A DNA stretch of 64,000 nt, taken from the NCBI RefSeq assembly GCF_009914755.1, contig NC_060948.1; one strand, written 5' to 3'. Position 1 is the first letter of the stretch; every line of letters begins with the position of its first letter. This document shows, in pieces, positions 1 through 12,500 of the stretch. The DNA comes from the human T2T-CHM13v2.0 reference genome, Homo sapiens. The notes under the pieces were generated by a model. That model saw nothing but the letters and a program-made list of their open reading frames with translations. It ran no database searches and was not told the origin of the DNA. The position numbers were made by a program, and so were the translations under genes.

Positions 1-293
1 AATGGAATGCTATGGAATGGAATGGAATGCATTGGAATGGAATGTCCTCTAATGGAATGGATTCGAGTGGAATGGAATTGAATATAATGGAGTCGAATGA
101 AATGGAATTGAAAGGAATGGGATCGAATACAATGGAATATACTGGAATGTAACGTAATGAACTCGAATGTAATTGACTGGAATGGAATGTACATGAATGG
201 AATGTAATCGAATGGAAAGTAATCCAATGGAATAGAATCTAATGCAATAAAATCGACTCAGATAGAGTAGAATGTAATGGAATGGAGTGCAGT

Positions 294-348
294 GCAATGG
301 AATGGAATGGAATGGAATGCAATGGAATGGAATGGAATGGAATGGGAT
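294..348 (+). repeat. Hypervariable near-pure pentamer tract GCAAT(GGAAT)a GCAAT(GGAAT)b GGGAT (first copy; one per unit)
   Basis: a=4, b=4 here; up to (GGAAT)10 in units 6 and 13. Confidence 0.88.
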
Positions 349-572
349 GGAATGGTATGGAATGGATAGTAATAGACTGGAGTGAAATGGACTGGAAAGG
401 AATGGACTCAAATTGAAAGGGCTCGAAAGGAATGGAGTCAAATGGAATGGTCTGGAATGGAATGAACACGAATGTAATGCAACCCAATAGAATGGAATCG
501 AATGGCATGGAATATAAAGAAATGGAATCGAAGAGAATGGAAACAAAGGGAATGGAATTGAATGGAATGGAA

Positions 573-726
573 TTGAATGGAATGGGAACGAATGGAGTGA
601 AATTGTATGCAGTAGAAGAGAATAGAATGGAATGCAAGCGAAAGGAAAGGAATGGATTGGAATGGAATGGAATTCATTGGAATGGAAGGGAATGTAGTGT
701 AATGGACAGGCCTGGAATAAAGTGGA
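573..726. other. Region matching the classical DYZ1 sex-typing PCR amplicon (Y1.2/Y1.1 primer sites)
   Basis: TTGAATGGAATGGGAACGAATGG at 573-595 and GGACAGGCCTGGAATAAAGTGGA at 704-726 (154-bp span). Primer identity is from memory, not verified. Confidence 0.7.
670..713. other. Unit-defining EcoRI (GAATTC, 670-675) and HaeIII/StuI (AGGCCT, 708-713) sites, once per unit
   Basis: Seen directly and recur in every unit (e.g. GGCC at 4263). Explains the classical male-specific ~3.4-3.6-kb HaeIII/EcoRI band. Confidence 0.9.
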
Positions 727-3554
727 ATGCTACGGTCTCGAGTGGAATAAAAATGTATGGAATGGAATGCAATGAAACGGAATCGAATGTCATAGAATGT
801 AATGGAATGCAAAAAAATGGAATCCAAAATCATTGACTGGAAAGGCTGGGTGTCGAAAGGAATTGACTCCAATGGAATGGAATCGAATGGAATGGAAGTG
901 AATAGAATCGAACTAAATCGAATGGAATGGAATTGATAGGAACGGAATGGAAAGGAATGCAATGATTTGGCATGGAATGGAATCGAATGGCATCGAATGG
1001 AATGGAATGGAATGCAATGGAATGGAATGTATTAGAATGTAATGAACTTTAATGGAATGTACTCGAATGGATTCGACTGGAATGGAATGTTCTGGAAGTG
1101 AATGGACTCCAATGGAATGGATTCAAAAGGAATGGAATCGTACGGAATGGAATCTAATGGAATGGAATTAAATGGAAATGAATCAAATTGAATAGCACGG
1201 AATTGAATTGAATGGAATGGAATGCAATGGAATCTAATGAAACGGAAAGGAAAGGAATGGAATGGAATGGAATGGGCTGGAATGGAAAGGAATCGAAACG
1301 AATGGAATGGAATCGAAGTGAAGAGACTGGAATGGAATGCACTGGAATGGAAGGGAGTGTAATGGAAGGTTGTCGAAAAAAATGGAATCGAATGGAATGG
1401 AATTGAATGGAACGGAATAGAGTCGAATGGAATTGAATGGAATGGAATGGACTAGAGTGAAATGGAATCGAACCACAAGGAATGGACAGGAATAGAATGG
1501 TCTCGAATTGAATGGAATCGTATGGAATGGCATCAAACGGAATGGAATGGACAGCCACGGAATGGAATGCACTCGAATGCAATGGAGTCGAAACTAATGG
1601 ACTGGAATAGAATGGACTCGACTGGTACGGACTCCAATGGAATGGAATCGAATGGACGGGAATCGAACGGAAGGGAATCGAACGGAATGGACTCGAAGGG
1701 AAAAGACTGCAATGGAAAGGTCTCGAATGGAATGGAAATTAATGGAATGGAATGGAATCGAATGAAATGGAGTCAAAAGGAATGGAATCGAATGGCAAGA
1801 AATCGAATGTAATGGAATCGCCAGGAATTGATGTGAACGGAACGGAATGGAATGGAATCCAAAGGAATGGAATAGAATGGAATGGAATCGAATGGAAAGG
1901 ACTCGAATGGAAATCACTCGAATAGAATGCAATTTAATAAAATAGGATCAAATGGAATGGAATGGAAAGGAATCGAAACGAAAGGAATGGAGACAGATGG
2001 AATGGAATGGAACAGAGAGCAATGGTATAGAATGGAATGGAATCATCTGGAATGGAATTGAATGGAATGGAATAATATGAAATGGAATGGAATGGAATGG
2101 AGTGGAATGCCCTTGAATTAAATGGACTGGAATGGAATGGACTCAAACAGAGTGGAATGGAAAGTGTGGAGATAGAATGGAATGAACTCCTTTGGAATGG
2201 TGTAGTATGCAATGCAATCGACTGGCAGGGAATCAAAAGGAATGTAATCGAATGGATTGGACTGGAATGCAATGGACTCGAATAGATTGGAAACGGAATG
2301 CAAAGGAATGGAATGGAATAGTATGGAATGCAATGGAAGGGAATGGAGTGGAATAGACTAGAGTGGAATGGAATGGACTGGAAAGCAATGGACTGGAATG
2401 GAACTTTCTTGGATGGACTGGAATCAAACGGAATGGAATGCAGTGCAATCAAATGGCATGGAATAAAATAGAATGAAAGAGAATCAAATGGAATTGAATC
2501 GAATGGAATCGAATGGATTGGAAAGGAATAGAATGGAATGGAATGGAATTGACTCAAATGGAATGGACTAGAATGGAATGGATTCGAATGGAAGGCAAAG
2601 GAATGGAATCTATTGGAATGGACTGTAATGGAATGGAATGGAAGGGATTGGAATGGACTCGAATGGAATGGACTGCAATAGAAAGGATTCGAATGGAATG
2701 AAAAAGAATTGAATGGAATAGAACAGAATGGAATCAAATCGAATGAAATGGAATGGAATAGAAAGGAATGGAATGAAATGGAATGGAAAGGATTCGAATG
2801 GAATGCAATCGAATGGAATGGAATCGAACGGAATGGAATAAAATGGAAGAAAACTGGCAAGAAATGGAATCGAAATGAATGGAGTGTTATGGAACGGACT
2901 CAAAAGGAATTGAATGTAATAGAATGGAGTGGAGTGGACTCGAATATAATGGACTGGAATGGAATGAAATCACATGGAATGGGAACGAATGGAATGGAAT
3001 GGAAAGGAATGGAATCGAATGGAAAGGAATCGAATGGAAGGGAATGAAATTGAATCAACACGAATGGAAGGGAATAGAATAGACTGTAATGGAATGGACT
3101 CGAATAGAATGGACACGAATGCTCAAATTAAATGGACTCGAATGGAATGGAAACGAAAGGAATGTCATCGAATGGAATTGAATCGATTGGAATGAAATCG
3201 CATAGAATGGAGTGGAATCAAATGGAATTGAATCGAAAGGAAAGGAAGCGAATGGACTGAAATGAAATGGAATGGAATTGAATGGAAAGTAATGCAATGG
3301 AATAGAATGGAACGAAATTTCACGGAATGGAATCAAACTGAATGGAATCAAATCAATGGAATCAAATCAAATGGAATGGAAAGGAATTGAATGGAGTAGA
3401 TGGGATTGGATGGGATTGGAATGAAATGTACTGGAAAGGACTCGAATTTCATGAAACGGAATGGAATGAATTGGAACGGAATGGACTCGAATGGAATGGA
3501 ATGTCATGGGATGGCATCAAATGGAATGGCATCAAATGGAATGGAATCGAATGC

Positions 3555-6500
3555 AATGGAATGCTATGGAATGGAATGGAATGCATTGGAATGGAATGTC
3601 CTCTAATGGAATGGATTCGAGTGGAATGGAATTGAATATAATGGAGTCGAATGAAATGGAATTGAAAGGAATGGGATCGAATACAATGGAATATACTGGA
3701 ATGTAACGTAATGAACTCGAATGTAATTGACTGGAATGGAATGTACATGAATGGAATGTAATCGAATGGAAAGTAATCCAATGGAATAGAATCTAATGCA
3801 ATAAAATCGACTCAGATAGAGTAGAATGTAATGGAATGGAGTGCAGTGCAATGGAATGGAATGGAATGGAATGCAATGGAATGGAATGGAATGGAATGGG
3901 ATGGAATGGTATGGAATGGATAGTAATAGACTGGAGTGAAATGGACTGGAAAGGAATGGACTCAAATTGAAAGGGCTCGAAAGGAATGGAGTCAAATGGA
4001 ATGGTCTGGAATGGAATGAACACGAATGTAATGCAACCCAATAGAATGGAATCGAATGGCATGGAATATAAAGAAATGGAATCGAAGAGAATGGAAACAA
4101 AGGGAATGGAATTGAATGGAATGGAATTGAATGGAATGGGAACGAATGGAGTGAAATTGTATGCAGTAGAAGAGAATAGAATGGAATGCAAGCGAAAGGA
4201 AAGGAATGGATTGGAATGGAATGGAATTCATTGGAATGGAAGGGAATGTAGTGTAATGGACAGGCCTGGAATAAAGTGGAATGCTACGGTCTCGAGTGGA
4301 ATAAAAATGTATGGAATGGAATGCAATGAAACGGAATCGAATGTCATAGAATGTAATGGAATGCAAAAAAATGGAATCCAAAATCATTGACTGGAAAGGC
4401 TGGGTGTCGAAAGGAATTGACTCCAATGGAATGGAATCGAATGGAATGGAAGTGAATAGAATCGAACTAAATCGAATGGAATGGAATTGATAGGAACGGA
4501 ATGGAAAGGAATGCAATGATTTGGCATGGAATGGAATCGAATGGCATCGAATGGAATGGAATGGAATGCAATGGAATGGAATGTATTAGAATGTAATGAA
4601 CTTTAATGGAATGTACTCGAATGGATTCGACTGGAATGGAATGTTCTGGAAGTGAATGGACTCCAATGGAATGGATTCAAAAGGAATGGAATCGTACGGA
4701 ATGGAATCTAATGGAATGGAATTAAATGGAAATGAATCAAATTGAATAGCACGGAATTGAATTGAATGGAATGGAATGCAATGGAATCTAATGAAACGGA
4801 AAGGAAAGGAATGGAATGGAATGGAATGGGCTGGAATGGAAAGGAATCGAAACGAATGGAATGGAATCGAACTGAAGAGACTGGAATGGAATGCACTGGA
4901 ATGGAAGGGAGTGTAATGGAAGGTTGTCGAAAAAAATGGAATCGAATGGAATGGAATTGAATGGAACGGAATAGAGTCGAATGGAATTGAATGGAATGGA
5001 ATGGACTAGAGTGAAATGGAATCGAACCACAAGGAATGGACAGGAATAGAATGGTCTCGAATTGAATGGAATCGTATGGAATGGCATCAAACGGAATGGA
5101 ATGGACAGCCACGGAATGGAATGCACTCGAATGCAATGGAGTCGAAACTAATGGACTGGAATAGAATGGACTCGACTGGTACGGACTCCAATGGAATGGA
5201 ATCGAATGGACGGGAATCGAACGGAAGGGAATCGAACGGAATGGACTCGAAGGGAAAAGACTGCAATGGAAAGGTCTCGAATGGAATGGAAATTAATGGA
5301 ATGGAATGGAATCGAATGAAATGGAGTCAAAAGGAATGGAATCGAATGGCAAGAAATCGAATGTAATGGAATCGCCAGGAATTGATGTGAACGGAACGGA
5401 ATGGAATGGAATCCAAAGGAATGGAATAGAATGGAATGGAATCGAATGGAAAGGACTCGAATGGAAATCACTCGAATAGAATGCAATTTAATAAAATAGG
5501 ATCAAATGTAATGGAATGGAATGGAAAGGAATCGAAACGAAAGGAATGGAGACAGATGGAATGGAATGGAACAGAGAGCAATGGTATAGAATGGAATGGA
5601 ATCATCTGGAATGGAATTGAATGGAATGGAATAATATGAAATGGAATGGAATGGAATGGAATGGAATGCCCTTGAATTAAATGGACTGGAATGGAATGGA
5701 CTCAAACAGAGTGGAATGGAAAGTGTGGAGATAGAATGGAATGAACTCCTTTGGAATGGTGTAGTATGCAATGCAATCGACTGGCAGGGAATCAAAAGGA
5801 ATGTAATCGAATGGATTGGACTGGAATGCAATGGACTCGAATAGATTGGAAACGGAATGCAAAGGAATGGAATGGAATAGTATGGAATGCAATGGAAGGG
5901 AATGGAGTGGAATAGACTAGAGTGGAATGGAATGGACTGGAAAGCAATGGACTGGAATGGAACTTTCTTGGATGGACTGGAATCAAACGGAATGGAATGC
6001 AGTGCAATCAAATGGCATGGAATAAAATAGAATGAAAGAGAATCAAATGGAATTGAATCGAATGGAATCGAATGGATTGGAAAGGAATAGAATGGAATGG
6101 AATGGAATTGACTCAAATGGAATGGACTAGAATGGAATGGATTCGAATGGAAGGCAAAGGAATGGAATCTATTGGAATGGACTGTAATGGAATGGAATGG
6201 AAGGGATTGGAATGGACTCGAATGGAATGGACTGCAATAGAAAGGATTCGAATGGAATGAAAAAGAATTGAATGGAATAGAACAGAATGGAATGAAATCG
6301 AATGAAATGGAATGGAATAGAAAGGAATGGAATGAAATGGAATGGAAAGGATTCGAATGGAATGCAATCGAATGGAATGGAATCGAACGGAATGGAATAA
6401 AATGGAAGAAAACTGGCAAGAAATGGAATCGAAATGAATGGAGTGTTATGGAACGGACTCAAAAGGAATTGAATGTAATAGAATGGAGTGGAGTGGACTC

Positions 6501-9500
6501 GAATATAATGGACTGGAATGGAATGAAATCACATGGAATGGGAACGAATGGAATGGAATGGAAAGGAATGGAATCGAATGGAAAGGAATCGAATGGAAGG
6601 GAATGAAATTGAATCAACACGAATGGAAGGGAATAGAATAGACTGTAATGGAATGGACTCGAATAGAATGGACACGAATGCTCAAATTAAATGGACTCGA
6701 ATGGAATGGAAACGAAAGGAATGTCATCGAATGGAATTGAATCGATTGGAATGAAATCGCATAGAATGGAGTGGAATCAAATGGAATTGAATCGAAAGGA
6801 AAGGAAGCGAATGGACTGAAATGAAATGGAATGGAATTGAATGGAAAGTAATGCAATGGAATAGAATGGAACGAAATTTCACGGAATGGAATCAAACTGA
6901 ATGGAATCAAATCAATGGAATCAAATCAAATGGAATGGAAAGGAATTGAATGGAGTAGATGGGATTGGATGGGATTGGAATGAAATGTACTGGAAAGGAC
7001 TCGAATTTCATGAAACGGAATGGAATGAATTGGAACGGAATGGACTCGAATGGAATGGAATGTCATGGGATGGCATCAAATGGAATGGCATCAAATGGAA
7101 TGGAATCGAATGCAATGGAATGCTATGGAATGGAATGGAATGCATTGGAATGGAATGTCCTCTAATGGAATGGATTCGAGTGGAATGGAATTGAATATAA
7201 TGGAGTCGAATGAAATGGAATTGAAAGGAATGGGATCGAATACAATGGAATATACTGGAATGTAACGTAATGAACTCGAATGTAATTGACTGGAATGGAA
7301 TGTACATGAATGGAATGTAATCGAATGGAAAGTAATCCAATGGAATAGAATCTAATGCAATAAAATCGACTCAGATAGAGTAGAATGTAATGGAATGGAG
7401 TGCAGTGCAATGGAATGGAATGGAATGGAATGCAATGGAATGGAATGGAATGGAATGGGATGGAATGGTATGGAATGGATAGTAATAGACTGGAGTGAAA
7501 TGGACTGGAAAGGAATGGACTCAAATTGAAAGGGCTCGAAAGGAATGGAGTCAAATGGAATGGTCTGGAATGGAATGAACACGAATGTAATGCAACCCAA
7601 TAGAATGGAATCGAATGGCATGGAATATAAAGAAATGGAATCGAAGAGAATGGAAACAAAGGGAATGGAATTGAATGGAATGGAATTGAATGGAATGGGA
7701 ACGAATGGAGTGAAATTGTATGCAGTAGAAGAGAATAGAATGGAATGCAAGCGAAAGGAAAGGAATGGATTGGAATGGAATGGAATTCATTGGAATGGAA
7801 GGGAATGTAGTGTAATGGACAGGCCTGGAATAAAGTGGAATGCTACGGTCTCGAATGGAATAAAAATGTATGGAATGGAATGCAATGAAACGGAATCGAA
7901 TGTCATAGAATGTAATGGAATGCAAAAAAATGGAATCCAAAATCATTGACTGGAAAGGCTGGGTGTCGAAAGGAATTGACTCCAATGGAATGGAATCGAA
8001 TGGAATGGAAGTGAATAGAATCGAACTAAATCGAATGGAATGGAATTGATAGGAACGGAATGGAAAGGAATGCAATGATTTGGCATGGAATGGAATCGAA
8101 TGGCATCGAATGGAATGGAATGGAATGCAATGGAATGGAATGTATTAGAATGTAATGAACTTTAATGGAATGTACTCGAATGGATTCGACTGGAATGGAA
8201 TGTTCTGGAAGTGAATGGACTCCAATGGAATGGATTCAAAAGGAATGGAATCGTACGGAATGGAATCTAATGGAATGGAATTAAATGGAAATGAATCAAA
8301 TTGAATAGCACGGAATTGAATTGAATGGAATGGAATGCAATGGAATCTAATGAAACGGAAAGGAAAGGAATGGAATGGAATGGAATGGGCTGGAATGGAA
8401 AGGAATCGAAACGAATGGAATGGAATCGAACTGAAGAGACTGGAATGGAATGCACTGGAATGGAAGGGAGTGTAATGGAAGGTTGTCGAAAAAAATGGAA
8501 TCGAATGGAATGGAATTGAATGGAACGGAATAGAGTCGAATGGAATTGAATGGAATGGAATGGACTAGAGTGAAATGGAATCGAACCACAAGGAATGGAC
8601 AGGAATAGAATGGTCTCGAATTGAATGGAATCGTATGGAATGGCATCAAACGGAATGGAATGGACAGCCACGGAATGGAATGCACTCGAATGCAATGGAG
8701 TCGAAACTAATGGACTGGAACAGAATGGACTCGACTGGTACGGACTCCAATGGAATGGAATCGAATGGACGGGAATCGAACGGAAGGGAATCGAACGGAA
8801 TGGACTCGAAGGGAAAAGACTGCAATGGAAAGGTCTCGAATGGAATGGAAATTAATGGAATGGAATGGAATCGAATGAAATGGAGTCAAAAGGAATGGAA
8901 TCGAATGGCAAGAAATCGAATGTAATGGAATCGCCAGGAATTGATGTGAACGGAACGGAATGGAATGGAATCCAAAGGAATGGAATAGAATGGAATGGAA
9001 TCGAATGGAAAGGACTCGAATGGAAATCACTCGAATAGAATGCAATTTAATAAAATAGGATCAAATGTAATGGAATGGAATGGAAAGGAATCGAAACGAA
9101 AGGAATGGAGACAGATGGAATGGAATGGAACAGAGAGCAATGGTATAGAATGGAATGGAATCATCTGGAATGGAATTGAATGGAATGGAATAATATGAAA
9201 TGGAATGGAATGGAATGGAATGGAATGCCCTTGAATTAAATGGACTGGAATGGAATGGACTCAAACAGAGTGGAATGGAAAGTGTGGAGATAGAATGGAA
9301 TGAACTCCTTTGGAATGGTGTAGTATGCAATGCAATCGACTGGCAGGGAATCAAAAGGAATGTAATCGAATGGATTGGACTGGAATGCAATGGACTCGAA
9401 TAGATTGTAAACGGAATGCAAAGGAATGGAATGGAATAGTATGGAATGCAATGGAAGGGAATGGAGTGGAATAGACTAGAGTGGAATGGAATGGACTGGA

Positions 9501-12500
9501 AAGCACTGGACTGGAATGGAACTTTCTTGGATGGACTGGAATCAAACGGAATGGAATGCAGTGCAATCAAATGGCATGGAATAAAATAGAATGAAAGAGA
9601 ATCAAATGGAATTGAATCGAATGGAATCGAATGGATTGGAAAGGAATAGAATGGAATGGAATGGAATTGACTCAAATGGAATGGACTAGAATGGAATGGA
9701 TTCGAATGGAAGGCAAAGGAATGGAATCTATTGGAATGGACTGTAATGGAATGGAATGGAAGGGATTGGAATGGACTCGAATGGAATGGACTGCAATAGA
9801 AAGGATTCGAATGGAATGAAAAAGAATTGAATGGAATAGAACAGAATGGAATGAAATCGAATGAAATGGAATGGAATAGAAAGGAATGGAATGAAATGGA
9901 ATGGAAAGGATTCGAATGGAATGCAATCGAATGGAATGGAATCAAACGGAATGGAATAAAATGGAAGAAAACTGGCAAGAAATGGAATCGAAATGAATGG
10001 AGTGTTATGGAACGGACTCAAAAGGAATTGAATGTAATAGAATGGAGTGGAGTGGACTCGAATATAATGGACTGGAATGGAATGAAATCACATGGAATGG
10101 GAACGAATGGAATGGAATGGAAAGGAATGGAATCGAATGGAAAGGAATCGAATGGAAGGGAATGAAATTGAATCAACACGAATGGAAGGGAATAGAATAG
10201 ACTGTAATGGAATGGACTCGAATAGAATGGACACGAATGCTCAAATTAAATGGACTCGAATGGAATGGAAACGAAAGGAATGTCATCGAATGGAATTGAA
10301 TCGATTGGAATGAAATCGCATAGAATGGAGTGGAATCAAATGGAATTGAATCGAAAGGAAAGGAAGCGAATGGACTGAAATGAAATGGAATGGAATTGAA
10401 TGGAAAGTAATGCAATGGAATAGAATGGAACGAAATTTCACGGAATGGAATCAAACTGAATGGAATCAAATCAATGGAATCAAATCAAATGGAATGGAAA
10501 GGAATTGAATGGAGTAGATGGGATTGGATGGGATTGGAATGAAATGTACTGGAAAGGACTCGAATTTCATGAAACGGAATGGAATGAATTGGAACGGAAT
10601 GGACTCGAATGGAATGGAATGTCATGGGATGGCATCAAATGGAATGGCATCAAATGGAATGGAATCGAATGCAATGGAATGCTATGGAATGGAATGGAAT
10701 GCATTGGAATGGAATGTCCTCTAATGGAATGGATTCGAGTGGAATGGAATTGAATATAATGGAGTCGAATGAAATGGAATTGAAAGGAATGGGATCGAAT
10801 ACAATGGAATATACTGGAATGTAACGTAATGAACTCGAATGTAATTGACTGGAATGGAATGTACATGAATGGAATGTAATCGAATGGAAAGTAATCCAAT
10901 GGAATAGAATCTAATGCAATAAAATCGACTCAGATAGAGTAGAATGTAATGGAATGGAGTGCAGTGCAATGGAATGGAATGGAATGGAATGCAATGGAAT
11001 GGAATGGAATGGAATGGGATGGAATGGTATGGAATGGATAGTAATAGACTGGAGTGAAATGGACTGGAAAGGAATGGACTCAAATTGAAAGGGCTCGAAA
11101 GGAATGGAGTCAAATGGAATGGTCTGGAATGGAATGAACACGAATGTAATGCAACCCAATAGAATGGAATCGAATGGCATGGAATATAAAGAAATGGAAT
11201 CGAAGAGAATGGAAACAAAGGGAATGGAATTGAATGGAATGGAATTGAATGGAATGGGAACGAATGGAGTGAAATTGTATGCAGTAGAAGAGAATAGAAT
11301 GGAATGCAAGCGAAAGGAAAGGAATGGATTGGAATGGAATGGAATTCATTGGAATGGAAGGGAATGTAGTGTAATGGACAGGCCTGGAATAAAGTGGAAT
11401 GCTACGGTCTCGAATGGAATAAAAATGTATGGAATGGAATGCAATGAAACGGAATCGAATGTCATAGAATGTAATGGAATGCAAAAAAATGGAATCCAAA
11501 ATCATTGACTGGAAAGGCTGGGTGTCGAAAGGAATTGACTCCAATGGAATGGAATCGAATGGAATGGAAGTGAATAGAATCGAACTAAATCGAATGGAAT
11601 GGAATTGATAGGAACGGAATGGAAAGGAATGCAATGATTTGGCATGGAATGGAATCGAATGGCATCGAATGGAATGGAATGGAATGCAATGGAATGGAAT
11701 GTATTAGAATGTAATGAACTTTAATGGAATGTACTCGAATGGATTCGACTGGAATGGAATGTTCTGGAAGTGAATGGACTCCAATGGAATGGATTCAAAA
11801 GGAATGGAATCGTACGGAATGGAATCTAATGGAATGGAATTAAATGGAAATGAATCAAATTGAATAGCACGGAATTGAATTGAATGGAATGGAATGCAAT
11901 GGAATCTAATGAAACGGAAAGGAAAGGAATGGAATGGAATGGAATGGGCTGGAATGGAAAGGAATCGAAACGAATGGAATGGAATCGAAGTGAAGAGACT
12001 GGAATGGAATGCACTGGAATGGAAGGGAGTGTAATGGAAGGTTGTCGAAAAAAATGGAATCGAATGGAATGGAATTGAATGGAACGGAATAGAGTCGAAT
12101 GGAATTGAATGGAATGGAATGGACTAGAGTGAAATGGAATCGAACCACAAGGAATGGACAGGAATAGAATGGTCTCGAATTGAATGGAATCGTATGGAAT
12201 GGCATCAAACGGAATGGAATGGACAGCCACGGAATGGAATGCACTCGAATGCAATGGAGTCGAAACTAATGGACTGGAATAGAATGGACTCGACTGGTAC
12301 GGACTCCAATGGAATGGAATCGAATGGACGGGAATCGAACGGAAGGGAATCGAACGGAATGGACTCGAAGGGAAAAGACTGCAATGGAAAGGTCTCGAAT
12401 GGAATGGAAATTAATGGAATGGAATGGAATCGAATGAAATGGAGTCAAAAGGAATGGAATCGAATGGCAAGAAATCGAATGTAATGGAATCGCCAGGAAT

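Larger units (their letters stand above)
1..3554 (+). repeat. DYZ1 unit 1 (3554 bp; boundary arbitrarily set at window start phase)
   Basis: AATGGAATGCTATGG anchor recurs at 3555. Lacks one pentamer near 1950 relative to other units. Confidence 0.93.

Noticed and set aside
1930-1946. AATAAA poly(A)-like signals (also ~246, ~716, ~746, ~2462, ~2837) and AT-rich CAATTTAATAAAATAGG
   Set aside because: They arise easily from GGAAT-AAAAT pentamer variants; there is no transcript evidence in the sequence.
1-3554. Unit as a dimer of ~1.78-kb subunits
   Set aside because: I could not match distinctive motifs at a ~1.78-kb offset by eye. An autocorrelation of non-consensus pentamers would be needed, so this is unsupported rather than excluded.
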